Part shown: positions 1 to 13,145 of the stretch, in pieces
Position numbering within the stretch: the stretch's first letter is position 1
How the letters are laid out: the number at the start of each line of letters is the position of its first letter
NCBI GenBank assembly: GCA_030704615.1
Contig: CM060732.1
Span: 60,698,001-60,762,000, forward strand
Reading direction: 5' to 3'
From: Takakia lepidozioides
Taxonomy: Eukaryota > Plantae > Bryophyta
DNA length: 64,000 nucleotides
The notes under the pieces: model-generated
Told to the model about the DNA's origin: nothing
The model's database searches: none
What the model saw: only the letters and a program-made list of their open reading frames with translations
Translations under genes and position numbers: made by a program

Positions 1-1226
1 ATTGTGGGCAGGCTCAAGCACCCCAATATGGCGCCCTTGAGGGCCTATTACTACGCCAGAGAGGAGAAATTGCTGGTGTATGATTTCTACCCTAATGGCA
101 GCCTCTTCACCTGTCTTCATGGTCAGTGCTGCTTGCTCACTCCTCTCATTGATATGTACATACCTCTGGTAATCCTACATTTAAGCACTCCTGGGAGGCG
201 TACACAATATGGGAGGCAATCAATGCGTTTCAAACAGTCTGAATGGGAAGATCCGGCATCAAGGAACACCCCAACTCATTCAGAATTGCATTAAGACCAG
301 TCCTTCTGTGTGTGTTTCAGTAGAAAGAGTGTCACAGGGTAGCTTTCTTATAAAACATCTTAAATCTCCGTGACCTTCATGCGGAGTCTGATAATACGCC
401 TCCCTTTCTTCTCGAGGCATCGCCTATCGATCTGGCTATGTGGAAGAGATCTTGCTGTGAGTATGAAGTTTCTTTGTTTGTGTAGTTAGAGAGAGCCATG
501 CAAGCAGCCTAACAGGCATGCCGCAGGGAAGAGTCCAGAGCAGCCCCCGCTTGATTGGACCGCGCGGCTCAGAATCGCCCGCGGGGTGGCCCGCGGGCTG
601 GACTTCGTGCACCGCGCGCCTGTGCGGCCGCTGCACGGGAACGTGAAGTCGGCGAACGTGTTTCTGGACAGCGCGGGCGAAGCGCGGCTGTCAGACGGCG
701 GCCTGACCGGGCTGCTGGATCCCGCGGCGGCCGTGGCGCGCCTTGCGGGCTACCGCGCGCCGGAGTATACGGGGTCGCGCCGTATGTCGCAGAAGGCGGA
801 TGTGTACAGTTTCGGTATTCTACTTCTGGAGCTGCTGACGGGGCGCATGCCGGGGCAGCACACCGACGCCGTCGACCTCCCGCGCTGGGTACGTGTGGCT
901 TGTGTGGGCTTTTGTATGGGGGAGTGCGTGCGAATTGTGGGTTGATGGGTGTGTGTGAGTGCGCGCAGGTGAACGCGGTAGTGAGAGACGAGTGGACGTC
1001 GGAGGTGTTTGACAAGCAGCTGATCAGCACGTCCAGGAGGGAAGAGGCGGACATGTACGCGCTCTTGAAGGTGGCTATGGAGTGTGCGGCACACAATCCC
1101 GACAAACGCCCCAAGATGAGCAAAGCGTTGGAAGATATTGTAGCCATAAGGATGCCCATGGAACTGCGAGGACACTGTGAGGATATTTCAGAGGAGAACC
1201 CTCTCAACTCTTCTTACAGGATCTGA
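1..1226 (+). CDS. 3' part of an LRR-III-type (RLK902/PRK-like) probable inactive receptor-like kinase; exons <1-121, 527-888, 969-1226
   Basis: Spliced translation gives kinase motifs [46 protein letters not shown] (no HRD Asp), SDGGL (no DFG), [37 protein letters not shown]; GT-AG introns keep frame. Confidence 0.9.
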
Positions 1227-2728
1227 TGACACTGAGTTCAATGCTAGGCCAGGCTGAAACATCTGCGGGTGTTGACGAGTGTGCGCATTTGCAGAGTGTA
1301 GAATTGCAGATATTCATTTCTTCAAGGATTGATGTGATGTAACAACAAAGGTTTCGGAAGGGATTGAAGGTTTGTGAAGTACTAGGGCATATTGATTAAG
1401 CAAGAGAGGGCCTGCTTTCTACTTCCTGAAACTCAATAGTGTAATCATATATACATGTGGGCTCATTGGAGCCCACAGTACATTGGACATAATGTGTCTG
1501 AAAGCTCTTGTGAAGGGCTCAATATGAGACACACCATCTACTTGAAAGAAGGCCGAAGATCTACTCATGGCTTGCTCATTGAACCTAATAGACCATGGCA
1601 GGACCCAAGAGCCCAACTGGACAAAATGTGGACATCAAGTTGTGAGAGACCTTTGCAATGCTCCTACACCCATCATTATGGAAATTCGAAAAATCCCATT
1701 TCGCTAAATCCTGCATTACACTTTGGAAGCCATCTCACTAACTCTGATCATACACGATTTTGATTTCTAGAAATTATTGGAAGTTTCATTTCGCTGCAGC
1801 CTATAATATGCACAGCTGCGTGACCATCTGCCAGGATATACAAGAGCAAATTAGAGCAGAACAAAGAGTTCAGTGTCACATACTTCACTTGCCAGAGTAG
1901 GTCCTTGAATACTGTTGCATTGCAGCCAAGTTTCCACTGAAAACTATAATGCTGCACATGCTTAAACTGAGGATACCATCATACCAGCGCTGCAGGGTCC
2001 CAAGTCCCAGAGGAAACCATATTTGTGATGTACGTTGGAAAGTAACCAAGTCTTATTGTGGGCCTAACGCCGTCGATAGGATTCAAGAGCCCAGTATCAT
2101 GATGCCATGGAAGGAAAGAGCGTGGACGCCGTTTCAACTGTAAAGAAAAAAGTTAGTGAGCAGAAGGACTATCAGACTTCGAGGTAGTGAAAGATCAATG
2201 TAGACAAAACCTATCACATTTCTTCGTAGTTAGAACGGAGAATGAATGGCCTCGTTAGAGCCCTTCATAGTAAATCTACATCCCCCTAGATTTGAAGAGT
2301 TCTACCGGGTCAAGTTATTGTCAAAACTGTAGAAGGGCCCTAGAAGGGTCCTAGAAACATGTTTCAATACATTGACGAAATGACAACCTTCATGGTTAAA
2401 TCTCGAATCTGGGGGAATCAAGGAGCACACATTGGAGCTCTCCAGACGATCATGGATGCAAGCTTCCTGCTACAATTTAGAGTGCATCGCGGCAAGTCTA
2501 CATGCGGTATCTTATAGACCTACATATTAAATGAGGAAGCAATGGTTACGTATTGTTATTACCCTGGAATCACCACCTGGATGTTGATCCTAGAACATAG
2601 ACTCTAACAACTCGTAATTCCAAGTGCTAGCGATGCACGGTGGAAATAGGCTTCCAAATTTTCATCTGGATGTGCTGTTAGGGTATCCATGTTACCAATG
2701 AACTCCAGCTGGCAGCAGCCTTCGCGCT

Positions 2729-5452
2729 TTAGCTTGATGGAAGTCGACTCTGTAGTATTTGTTGCCCTACGTACCTGCCGCACCCAAGTAAAGGCTTAGG
2801 GCCATCAAGCAAACGTAGTGGCCACGACGCTTTACAGTCCAGACTCCCAAGTGCTAGTTTTAGAATATACTCTTATCTATCGAACCATATAAATTCCACA
2901 CTTGTTTCCAAACGCTTTATATGTGTTATGCAAATCTTATTTACTCATTGAAGAGATAGATTGAACGACGTACTGAGTTTGATTCTGAGTACTCGTAGAT
3001 CTAACAAAGAGGAGGGAAGAAGTCTGACCTCCCGAGCATCATCACAGTCGCTTGTGGGTTTGTCCCAGGTGAAGCGTTGAAAGTGGATCCGTCGACTACG
3101 CGTAAACCATGGACTCCCTGAACTTGATAGCCGCTATTAACGACAGATCCTACCTGGCAACCCCCATGGTAGTGCCAAATCGTTGTCACTGTGTCACGGC
3201 ACCACTCTCCGAGTAGCTCTGGATCTTGTGTCTCTGGGATCAGGTTTCCAATCAATCCTACGTTGGTGAGGATGGAGTCAGGGAGGACATGGTATGTGAA
3301 ATTTTCCAGTGCCGGCGATTTGAGGACCCGCTGTACAACCCTAGTTCCCTCGATGCAGCTGAACAGATCTTCAGGCGCAGAGAAATAGTTAAAGCGAACA
3401 TTGGGGTTGTCGTTGACGTTAGTAGTGTTGAGGGTGAGCGCCCCTCTTGAGACAGGTCCATCCACCTTTTCGAGAATTATGCCAGCCTGGCCCAGTTCTT
3501 TCTGCACATCATCTGGCAAACGTCTCACTGCCGCGGTAAAGCTCTCAACAAGATCTTCACTCCGAAGAGCAGGAGCAAGCATGCTGAGCGATCCAACCTG
3601 GGCGAAGCTGGATTGACTGCCACTCGCAGTCTCTATAAAACTATTAAAACTAGTGATCCCCACCGCCGATATCAGTGATACCTCCACTGGATTTGGAGAA
3701 GGCACATAAACGGCATTCGTGGGGTTGTCAGCCATGCCCTGTCCTACACCTGTCAGATTCAGAATGACAGGGATACCGAGACTCTGAAGGTCCTCCGCAT
3801 TCCCAATTCCACTCAGCATTAGTAGCTGCGGGCTACCCAGAGCTCCGGCTGCCAAGATGATTTCGTTGCCAAATATTTCTTGACGAAGATTTGCCTGGTG
3901 CTGGATCCCCAAACTGTCTTTGTAGATTACTCCGATTGCGGTTGGTCCATTTGGTCCTGCAGGCACATGTACATGTATACATGATAGAAATGGATCGGAC
4001 TCTCATGAGGAATTCATACAAGCGATTAGTCAATTCTTTCGCCATTTATATCTGTGAACACTCAATTCCTACATCTTATGTCAAAGCTGTAAACGAATGT
4101 TCACTCGAACCTATATATAAAAATTCAATGCAGTTTTACCACATTCTTGTACATGTTGACAATTGCTTCAGGAAAAGGTCACTGAATGTTGGCCAGCAGC
4201 TTACATCATGCATCCTTATAATCAAGTGGATGGCTAAAAGATCAACGATAGGTCGTTGCTCAAGGGTCACGCTACATAGTACGCATGCATCCTTATATAT
4301 GCATATGAGCATATGTGAGAGTTAGATTCAGATCAATAGATCATCAAGATCTACAGGGCTGAACTCAACTAGAACAAATCTAAGCCAGTTGTTCAAAGAG
4401 ATGCACCTGTGTCAAAGACAATTTTCTGCACAGTGGCATAGATAAGAACCGTAAGGTTCTGGGGGTTAGCGTATGTAAGGAGATCAGCTGCTGTGTGACG
4501 TAAACCGTGCTTATCGAAGATGGAACCTCCCACCTTGGTGCCTATTAAGTGAGCATAAGTATTTCCGTTGTCCGGGCTCACACCACTTTCCAGGAGAGCA
4601 CTCTTGACTGCAGATTGCCATTGCCTCAATCTTGGAATAGATGCAACCACTGCCTCCACCCATGCAAATGAAGAATTCACGAGGCCTTCATTCCAACCAA
4701 CATTCTGGACATAGTCTCTGCTGGCACGGCTGTAAAAGCCTGCATTGATCGCAGATCCACCACCAAGCACACGAGCGCGTCTGTTAAGCACTCCATCCTC
4801 CGATTGGAAGTTTTGCACTGGCGAGTCGTCGGCTTCTCCAAGGTTGACAATCAAGCTGCCAAAATTAGTGATGTTCTCGATGTCAGGGTTACCATATGGT
4901 ATCCCTCCTCGTTCCAGAAGCAGCACAGAAAAATTCTGAGACAGGGTCGCTGCAAGCGGACAACCTGCTGTGCCTCCACCGACAACGATATAATCGTATG
5001 CGCTTGAAAAAATGGCGGAATTGGTAGCATTATTGAAGTATATTGCAGATATGTTAACACCTGCAGCACGAGTCCGAACGAGCGAAAATCAAGGATCTTG
5101 AACTGATCACTGCTCCACTGTTATATACTAAAACCACCGAGTACAGCAAAGACGTATGTCGATCATAAGAAGATATCTAGCATGAATAAATCTAGTATGT
5201 TATTCATGAAGGAGAACTTTCTGTGGCGTCTGAATCGGTGTACCTTAGATAGACTCATCAAAAGCAGATGACGGAAAGCTTCGATTTAAAGAGAAATACC
5301 TCGAAGCAGTTGTATATGAGGCAGCACTGCACAATATCAACTACGTCTCAGAAAGCATATGAATTACCTGAAGCGCAGGGGAAAAGCGCATGGCAGAAAA
5401 ATAGCACTTCTAACACCATCCACCATTGCCTCCCTAGCTGCTTGCTTTGCAT
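2729..5452 (-). CDS. HOTHEAD-like / mandelonitrile-lyase-like GMC FAD oxidoreductase, copy 1; exons 5452-5368, 5060-4407, 3956-3029, 2774-2729
   Basis: Signal-peptide-like exon 1; [20 protein letters not shown] (FAD GxGxxG), [52 protein letters not shown]; all introns GT-AG in frame. Confidence 0.92.
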
Positions 5453-6096
5453 GGTCCTCTTTACGACGCTCGTCAGTCGCCTCTCCATCTCGAAGTTAAC
5501 AATCTCAGACCTACCTTTAGAGCTCTAGCCGGCTTTAATGAACTGCACTACGAAGACTTATGAAGTACACCAGCGCTCGAGCCAAAATAGAAAGATCTGT
5601 CCAGATTGATCAGCTCGTTTACCTAGTGCGCCTCAACCGGCTACACCCCCAGCATCGAGATCCACGCTGCCATGGCAGATCACCATCTCTATCTAGCACA
5701 CCCTCCTCTAAAACGCAGTGGAGAAAATCTGAGAGAAATCAAGAACAGAAAGACAATCTGAGGGGAAGGATGAAATCTGAAGAGTACGCGTTCTCATAAC
5801 ACGTTCCCAACACACACCGCGGGCGCGGGGCAGTGACAGCTACTGTGATGTGACCGCGCCCATTTTTCCCGCCCTGCATTTCAACTGTGGCCTCCAACGT
5901 CCGTCTACATTCGTCCACTCCGTCGGTTAAGTTTGCCGAATAGCCGACGTCTGTCCACTGAAATCATAGCCTGTCCGTCCAAGTCCGTCGACGTTACACC
6001 GAACGGACTGCAGGTTTCCGAGATGAAGGTGCATGATCGCAAATGGAGAGCTGTCTTGTTGCACATTGTGCGAACTATGGCAAGAGATTTTTCAAG

Positions 6097-6800
6097 TCAT
6101 GCAGATCTAAGTTTGATAATTTTTGTTTCACATTTCATGTAACTCGTTCGGATCTGTAATATTCTGCGAGAGAGTTGAGAAAGAGACACATATGTCAACT
6201 AGTCGTAAAGAAACAGGGTGTAATCCTAAGGTTACCTGCGTGCAGCCCTGCATTATCTGTAGTATCTGAGGATACAGGCAGCAATGGAATATATGTGATG
6301 ATTGGCACAGAGGTGATAGAAGTTATCATTCATGAAGTGATGCGGCGGATCTAAGTTTGTAGAATTTGTTTCACATTTTGTAACTCGTTAGGATATATAC
6401 TGCGAGAGAGTTGAGAGACAGAGACATATTAAACTAGTCGCGTAGAAGAAAGAGGGTGTAATCCTAAGGGTACCCTGCGTGCATTGGTTGTAAGATCTGA
6501 GGATACGGCCAGTATAAGGCCCGAAGCAGCAATGCAGGAAGACAGCGTTTATGCGAAGATTGCCAAGAGCTGGTCATCAGCCCCGTCTAGATCTTACAGC
6601 ACTTGGTTGATGTGCATGGCCATTTCCTTACTGCTCTTATCTTGCAGTGCTGAAGGTGCTGGTTCTTTCTGTGTTAAATTATATTCACATGTGACTATAA
6701 TTTATCTATTTATTCCTGTGGTCATGCAGAACGTTGACACCTGCGTGCAGCCCTGTACTGGTTGTAAGATCTCAGGATACAGTGCTCAGCAATGGAAGAA
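6097..6800 (+). repeat. Local duplication of a ~190-bp promoter/5'UTR module (6097-6290, 6345-6540) plus a partial third copy (6740-6800)
   Basis: Shared blocks GATCTAAGTTTG..TTTGTTTCACATTT..CTGCGAGAGAGTTGAGA..GGGTGTAATCCTAAGG..CCTGCGTGCA..ATCT(G/C)AGGATAC..CAGCAATG. Confidence 0.85.
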
Positions 6801-9492
6801 AGGGGTTGACAGTAGCTTCCAATTTTCCTATAGTCGTATAAATAAGATCGCGTACCTGTAACTTACGTCGTGATTCCGGCATGCGCGCACCATGAGTGAA
6901 ACTCGTACACATCATATTGATCATCAGAAGCTGATATATAACAGTTGACATCTTCCTTAATACATCAACTTGTACTGGAGCTTCACTTCATTTTCATGGA
7001 TCATAAGTCGCAGGTCATCGCATGTTAGGAGGAAGGACTTGATCTCGAGATAGTCTTAAAGACTGGTAGAGAACGGAGCTCTAAAGAATGTTCAATGATT
7101 CATGGAGATCTCCTTGAAAATTTCATGGATTCATAATATCTCAAGCAGCGAGCAGAAAGAGTTCTGATGTCTTTTATAAGCTCTAGCAAGTGGAACACAC
7201 AGTGATCCTGAAAAATGAATAAAGGACTCATATACACCAGAAGTGCATGTGCAGATCCACGTTACTCCTTCGTTTATAATGCCACCGATGCACCTTTGAC
7301 GAGTGAGTATGACTACATTATCATTGGTGGTGGCACAGCAGGCTGTCCCCTCGCAGCCACTCTGTCCTCGGAGTTTTCTGTTCTGCTCTTGGAACGTGGA
7401 GGGACGCCGTATGGAGATCCTTACATTGAGAGAATAGAAAACTTCAGACAAAATCTTTTAAGAACAGGTGATGATACTTTACCTACCCAGGCATTTATTT
7501 CAGAGGATGGAGTTCACAATCAACGAGCAAGAGTTCTTGGTGGTGGCAGCTCTCTGAATGCAGGTTTCTATACTCGTGCGAGTCGAGCTTATGTGAGAAG
7601 TGTTGGATGGGACGAAGAACTCGTGGGTGAATCGTACAGATGGGTGGAAAATGTTGTGGCAGGTTTCCCGGTATTGGGAGCCTGGCAAATAGCTGTAAGA
7701 AAAGGGCTTGTAGAAGTAGGCATCCGACCGTATAATGGAGATACATATGATCACATGAATGGTACTCAGGTCGGTGGGTCCATCTTTGACCACTCTGGAC
7801 GCAGGCATACTGCTGCAGATCTTCTGCAGTATGCCAAACCTGATAATATTACCGTCCTCATATATGCAAATGTCCAGCGCATTCTATTCGATTCATCAGG
7901 TATTGATTCATTGCCTTTCAGGACGTCGACAAGCCATAGGATTATCGGATCTTACCTTATGATTGTAACCGTGATTCTAGTCATAAACTAGAGATCAAAT
8001 GAGCTATTTAATTTGATCGTGCACAACATGGGAGTCACTGGACCTGCGGGTATCTTTAATAATAATGTACAGATCTATGTATATGTACATACATCCTTTA
8101 CTACATCTGAAGTATGTATGGAAAGCGATACACGGATACATTCTAACATGATCTAGATGTGGCATGTGCACAGCTGGCATATGCATATGTAACATTGTCT
8201 GATGTACATGTCGTGACAGGAAGCAGTATTGACTCTCCACGAGCATATGGCGTAGTCTACATAGATCGAAACGGCATTCAGCATCATGTAAATTTGACAC
8301 AAAGGGATGGAAGTGAGGTGATAGTCTCAGCAGGAGCGTTGGGGAGTCCACAGCTACTGATGTTGAGTGGAGTTGGGCCTGCCAATGACCTTGCTTACTT
8401 AAACATTCCAATTGTTGTTGCCCAGCCCAATGTAGGACGAGGCATGCGGGATAATCCCATGAACGAGATTAATGTGCCCTTACTACAGACGGTGGAGTAC
8501 TCCTTAATACAGGATGCTGGAATTCCAAGTTCCTTTGGGAGCTGTATTGAGGCAGCCAGTAGAAATGCAAGCACGTTGATGTTCAATATCAGCGTACCTT
8601 TACCATTGGTCACAAAGACTCCATGCGATGGAGCTGGCGCAATACTGGTCCCCGGTGCAACTACCACCCGGGCCGTGGTCAACTGGGGCTCACTTCTACA
8701 AAAGGTGAATGGCCCTCTATCAACCGGATGGTTGAGGCTCAAAAACACTAACGTCAAAGACAATCCCATCGTGCGATTCAATTATTACTCTGAACCAGCA
8801 GATATTTTTGCTTGTGTGGAGGGAATGAGGACCATAGAGGATATTCTCTACTCCCAATCTATGTCAAATCTTGTGGGAGATATTTGCTTACCTGAAGTCA
8901 TGCGATTCAGTGGTCTACCTGCATATCGGGGGAACCTGCTTGAGATTGCGGCTTTTTGTCGGGAAAGAGTCCAAACTATCTGGCAATATCATGGAGGATG
9001 TTTGGTGGGGGACGTCGTAGATCCAGCTTATCGTGTGTTGGGGGTCAAAGCTCTGCGTGTTGTTGATGGATCCACATTTACGTTCTCACCAGGCACCAGT
9101 CCACAAGCTACTGTTATGATGCTTGGGAGGTATTGAATTCCAATCCCTGTAGCTGCCTACTGCTTGTGTATTCTGTGTAATAATCTTTAAATTTTATAAT
9201 ACCTAGGTTAATCTGTCCAAGTTGGTGACGTCAAGTGATAACCATAGTTCATCTGTCCAAGGGCAATACATGTGAAATATACTCCGCATACATGTCCTGC
9301 GAGTTCTAACAAATCTTAGGACTGCCAAGTTTGGACTTCTCCTGGAGGTACGGGGATACCTCAAAAACTTGTACTTCCGTGGATATTATAAACAAGTGAG
9401 AAACAAGTGTTGCCGAAGTCACAGATAGAGATCCCGACGTGTGTTGTGCACACAGGTATGTTGGAGTACAAATGCTAAGGGAACGGCTCTGA
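6532..9492 (+). CDS. HOTHEAD-like GMC oxidoreductase, copy 2, with altered active site; exons 6532(or 6610)-6655, 7255-7899, 8220-9129, 9456-9492
   Basis: [74 protein letters not shown]; uninterrupted frame after splicing; start codon uncertain. Confidence 0.88.
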
Positions 9493-9504
9493 CAGCGGAC
9501 CTCG

Positions 9505-9815
9505 TGTCTTCTGTATGGGGGCTATCCAAGCCCCATCCAAGCTACTTCCTGATTATCTTGACCACTACATTTCGGAAATGTAACTAGTCCTCCACATTGT
9601 CAAGGTTTGGAGTCACTTACTTCGGATCAATTTTGGTAAATTCCAGTCGGGACATGGGTAGTAAGAAAAAATATAGGATTGACCAACATAGTGAAAATTG
9701 GCTACAGATTTCAGAAACTTGGCTTCAAATCTACAAATTTCAGAAATTTCAGAAACTTGGCTACAACTTTTCTTGACTAAGTGTATTGGCCAAAGAGGCA
9801 AACCCCAGAGCTAAT
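9505..9815 (+). repeat. Dispersed direct repeat, copy A (copy B at 14183-14424)
   Basis: Shared ATGGGGGCTATCCAAGC..CTTGACCACTACATTTCGGA..TTTTGGTAAATTCCAG..GGGACATGGGTAGTAAGAAAAAATATAGGATTG..GGCCAAAGAGGCAAACCCCAGAGCTAAT. Confidence 0.9.
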
Positions 9816-10606
9816 CCTTTAGTGCACATGTCTATCAAATTACATATGCATGTCTATCAATTACGAAAAGAAGAATGTCTCCTTTGTAAGCCTCCATGGC
9901 TCTTTGCCAAGCTTATTTTTTCCTTGCCAATTGATCCAGGCCCCGGCTTTGTTCCCTTTTCCACCAACCCCACTCCCCCCACCGAAAAAAAAAAAAAAAA
10001 AGGAAAGGGCCAGGAGGCATGATGGAAAGAATTAGTGATGAACAAAAGGATTGAATTTTTCCTCTGAAAGTGGCCTTGGCCTGTATATAAGTAATCATAT
10101 GTTAGGGCACCATATTGTTGTATGGTCTGATGATACACATAGAAATGAGCATTATTTCAACCATTCCTTCACCTCTTTATATATTAACTTAAAAGCTGTT
10201 TATAATCCATAAATGTTTTTTGAAGAAAAATGTTAGTTTTTCTTACTACTCCCCAGGCTTATCCAGGGTTGAGGGACTACCTTATCTTACAGTATGTGCT
10301 ATGACTAATCTCCTTTATAACTGGGCAAGACTTTTCTTGCATCTAGTAAAGACCTGCTTGAATTTGCTGTTTGTTTGACACTACTCCTAAGGCGGGTGAA
10401 CAGATTCACATCTTTTCCCTGGACAGAAGGCTGTACTTGCACTTTACTTGAGCCCCCGGACCCTGGACAAGCTTATCAAACGCAAGAAAGCTCTCTGCCC
10501 AGGTGAAGACTTTACCTCTTACATGCTGATCTAAAGCCGAGATAGTGTCAGTAGTACATGTGTCGGAGGGTTGTGGATGCAAATACTCACACCCATTCCT
10601 CGTCAA

Positions 10607-11620
10607 GAAATGAAATGAAATGAAATGGTACTTTATAACGTCCGCGGAAAGCTCATAGAGCTCATGGGACAAAAATGGAAACATGAGAGAGGAACAAGTC
10701 CAGAAACCACAATTAATGTTCTAGCGAATGTCGAAGGGTTAAGGCCTCGTGCAGGTAGGCTGCCAAGCATTTTTTATCCTCATAGTGGAAGACATGATCA
10801 GTGAGAGTTTGGGTTCCACTGAATAAACAGTGGCATCTCCCACGGATCTCGTAGTATAGAGGGCAGTAGAAGAAGAAGTGTTCTTCAGTTTCGATTTCCT
10901 GGCTGCGCCCTATGCAAGCTGGACATAGGCGGTCCTCCCGTTGCAGGTTTTCCCATCTGCCAGTCTCTATCCGTAGGTTGTGGGAACCCACCCTGAACCG
11001 CCCCAATGCCCTCAGGAGGGAAGGAGATAAGGATGCTGAAAGGTAATTTGGTCTCAAGATGCTATTGTCGCGGAGCACCAAGAATGTCTCTCGATAGAAG
11101 TGGAGCTTTGTTGTGAGATTGGGTAGCTTCCAAGTTCTCTGGACATGTAATTCCATAAGCTCTCTCCTAATGAGTCTGTTGCGGTCATGTCTGGACGTGA
11201 TGTCCACCTCATCTGGATTCATTAGTAATAGGAAAGCAGTAGAAAGTCCGTTACGTTGAAATAAACTGTCCACTCGAGCATACCAGGAGTTCCTGAAACC
11301 TGCAGCTTTGAGCCTCATAGATGTTGTGAGGGCCCTTGCCACGAGCCCTTTGGGTGGAAGGGCCTGTAATCTATGGAGAAAGATTGTAAGCCGGAAGAGG
11401 GCCTCGGATTGCAATGGTACACATGCGAACTCTGCCCCTAGGATCTGAGATGGAGTTGTGCTCCTGGCGCCAAGCATTGCTTGGAGAAAAGATGACTGTA
11501 ATGGCTCCAAATTCTTTTCCCACCAGGAGACAGGGACACCAGGTGCCCAGAACTCACAACCATAGATGGTAGCAGGGCTGACGACAGTGTCAAACAGCCA
11601 CTTGGGTAGCGTCTCGCATG
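10607..11620 (-). mobile_element. 5'-truncated non-LTR retrotransposon (LINE): ORF2 C-terminus, 3'UTR and (CATTT)n tail
   Basis: LFDTVVSPATIYGCEFWAP, RFRVGSHNLRIETGRW, REDRLCPAC..ETEEHFFFYCPLY (post-RT CCHC-type zinc ribbon); stop at 10713; ends in GAGCTTTCCGCGGACGTTATAAAGTAC(CATTT)4. Confidence 0.88.
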
Positions 11621-12083
11621 GATTCTGTCCTCAAAATAACTCGACCTGATACACCAAATTCTATCCAAAACTGTAATTGTACTGCTTACAAGTTGAGCCC
11701 TTTAATTATAGTGGGAGGCTAACCTCTTTCAAAGTAACATATGAGGGGATGAGCACAAGGCTCATGGGACACTAGCCAGGGAAGGGGAGAAGATTATACA
11801 ACACATACAACAAGGTAGCAGGATTTGAGGAGCCCGGAATCACAAGCCAACTGAGCTACCGAATGGTGGTTGTAAATTTATTTCTATCAACATTCGAAGT
11901 TGCACAAGCTATCATCTGCAGCCCTGGCATCCAGGATTCAATCCAGCTGGCACAACAGATTTATAAACATACCAACGTTTCTAAAGGATTTTTTAAAGAG
12001 TCTAGAGAACTAAGCCTAGCTTGGATCGATCTACCTTTCTACTTCTTTCCACGGTGGCTATGGCAACAAACAGATTGAAATTA

Positions 12084-12941
12084 TTACATATCCCCAAAGG
12101 CTATGGGGAATTTGGGTTCCAGATAGATTTGGCTGCGAATCACCTTCCCATTCATTTCAAACCCCGGAGCAATCATGAATCCCACTTTGTTCACGAACAT
12201 CTTGTCTCCTGTGGAAGCATCTTCATCTTCGAGGTCAAGTTCATAAGGCTTAGCATCCATAGTGTCTTGATTGAATGGAACCAACCTTTGGACGCGGAAA
12301 AGGGTTGGAGCATGTCCCATAGATCTGAATATGATCCTAGAAATAAGCCACACCTGCTTGGTAGTGTCCAAGAGAGCAGCTATGAGGTGCTTGGGCCAAT
12401 GACTTGCTAAGCCTAGTTCTGTTCGGCACAATTCTAGCTTCTCTTGGAAAAACAGGTGGAACTCTGGGTCGTATGCTCGGTGTTGGGGATCGATAGCAGA
12501 CCTAGTCCAAAATGTTAAGAGGGGCATCTCCAAGTTATGTGTTGAGTTGCAAACTTTGTCAAAGTCTTGAAAGAGGATGTTGTTGACGTATGCTGTCACT
12601 CCATACACGAGGTTTTGGGGCCGTGCAAACGATGCCAGGGGCATAATACTGTGCAAAATATCGCCCAAATTCCTTGTTTCTCCATCCACGGAACTCTTTT
12701 GAGCCTCTTCCACCAAGAGTTGGGAGAAGTTCACCACAGAAGCTCGCATGATATCCACAAGAAAAAGGACCTCAATAGGTACTATAGCACCTTGAAACCC
12801 AGCTGCCCGCTGCTCACCCTCCCCAAGCCCTGAGTAATCTCTCTTTGGTCCCCCAATATTGCGATCGTAAGATTTCCAATCCTGCTGTCGGGTCCTCTGC
12901 GTCCGGTTGATTGCCCAACCTTTTCCAATCGAAGCCTCCAT
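12084..12941 (-). CDS. Intronless GIL1/IRKI-like protein (C-terminal domain), ~285 aa
   Basis: C-terminal pattern TKQVWLISRIIF..TLFRVQRLVPFNQDTMD..KVGFMIAPGFEMNGKVIRSQIYL resembles the GIL1/IRKI consensus AKxVWLLHxLAF..IFxVxxGxxF..YME..VGFxVxPGFxxGxxVIxxxVYL; ATG at 12941; TATATATA upstream at ~13148-13156. Confidence 0.6.
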   Translation of the reverse strand: MEASIGKGWAINRTQRTRQQDWKSYDRNIGGPKRDYSGLGEGEQRAAGFQGAIVPIEVLFLVDIMRASVVNFSQLLVEEAQKSSVDGETRNLGDILHSIMPLASFARPQNLVYGVTAYVNNILFQDFDKVCNSTHNLEMPLLTFWTRSAIDPQHRAYDPEFHLFFQEKLELCRTELGLASHWPKHLIAALLDTTKQVWLISRIIFRSMGHAPTLFRVQRLVPFNQDTMDAKPYELDLEDEDASTGDKMFVNKVGFMIAPGFEMNGKVIRSQIYLEPKFPIAFGDM

Positions 12942-12959
12942 GACGATGATCTCAGCGCC

Positions 12960-13145
12960 AATCGTGTGCAAACTCTACTACGAGGACTTCTCTCCTTCTG
13001 AATCTCTCAGCAAATGTCGAGATGAGCAAACCTTCAGATCGCTAGAATTAATGCGAATCGTGTGTACACTCTGCTACGAAGAATTCTCTCCTTCTGAATC
13101 CCTCATCAAACGTCGAGAAGAGCAAAACTTTAGATCACGAGACTC
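12960..13145. repeat. Two tandem copies of a ~96-bp unit in the 5' leader of the GIL1-like ORF
   Basis: AATCGTGTG..ACTCT(A/G)CTACGA..TTCTCTCCTTCTGAATC..CAAA..GTCGAGA..GAGCAAA..AGATC repeated at 12960 and 13056. Confidence 0.85.

Noticed and set aside
620-720. Kinase lacking HRD and DFG as a novelty
   Set aside because: Typical of LRR-III atypical receptor kinases
436-1207. Overlapping long ORFs 569-1207, 750-1175 and the first half of 555-1226
   Set aside because: Shadow frames of a GC-rich kinase exon
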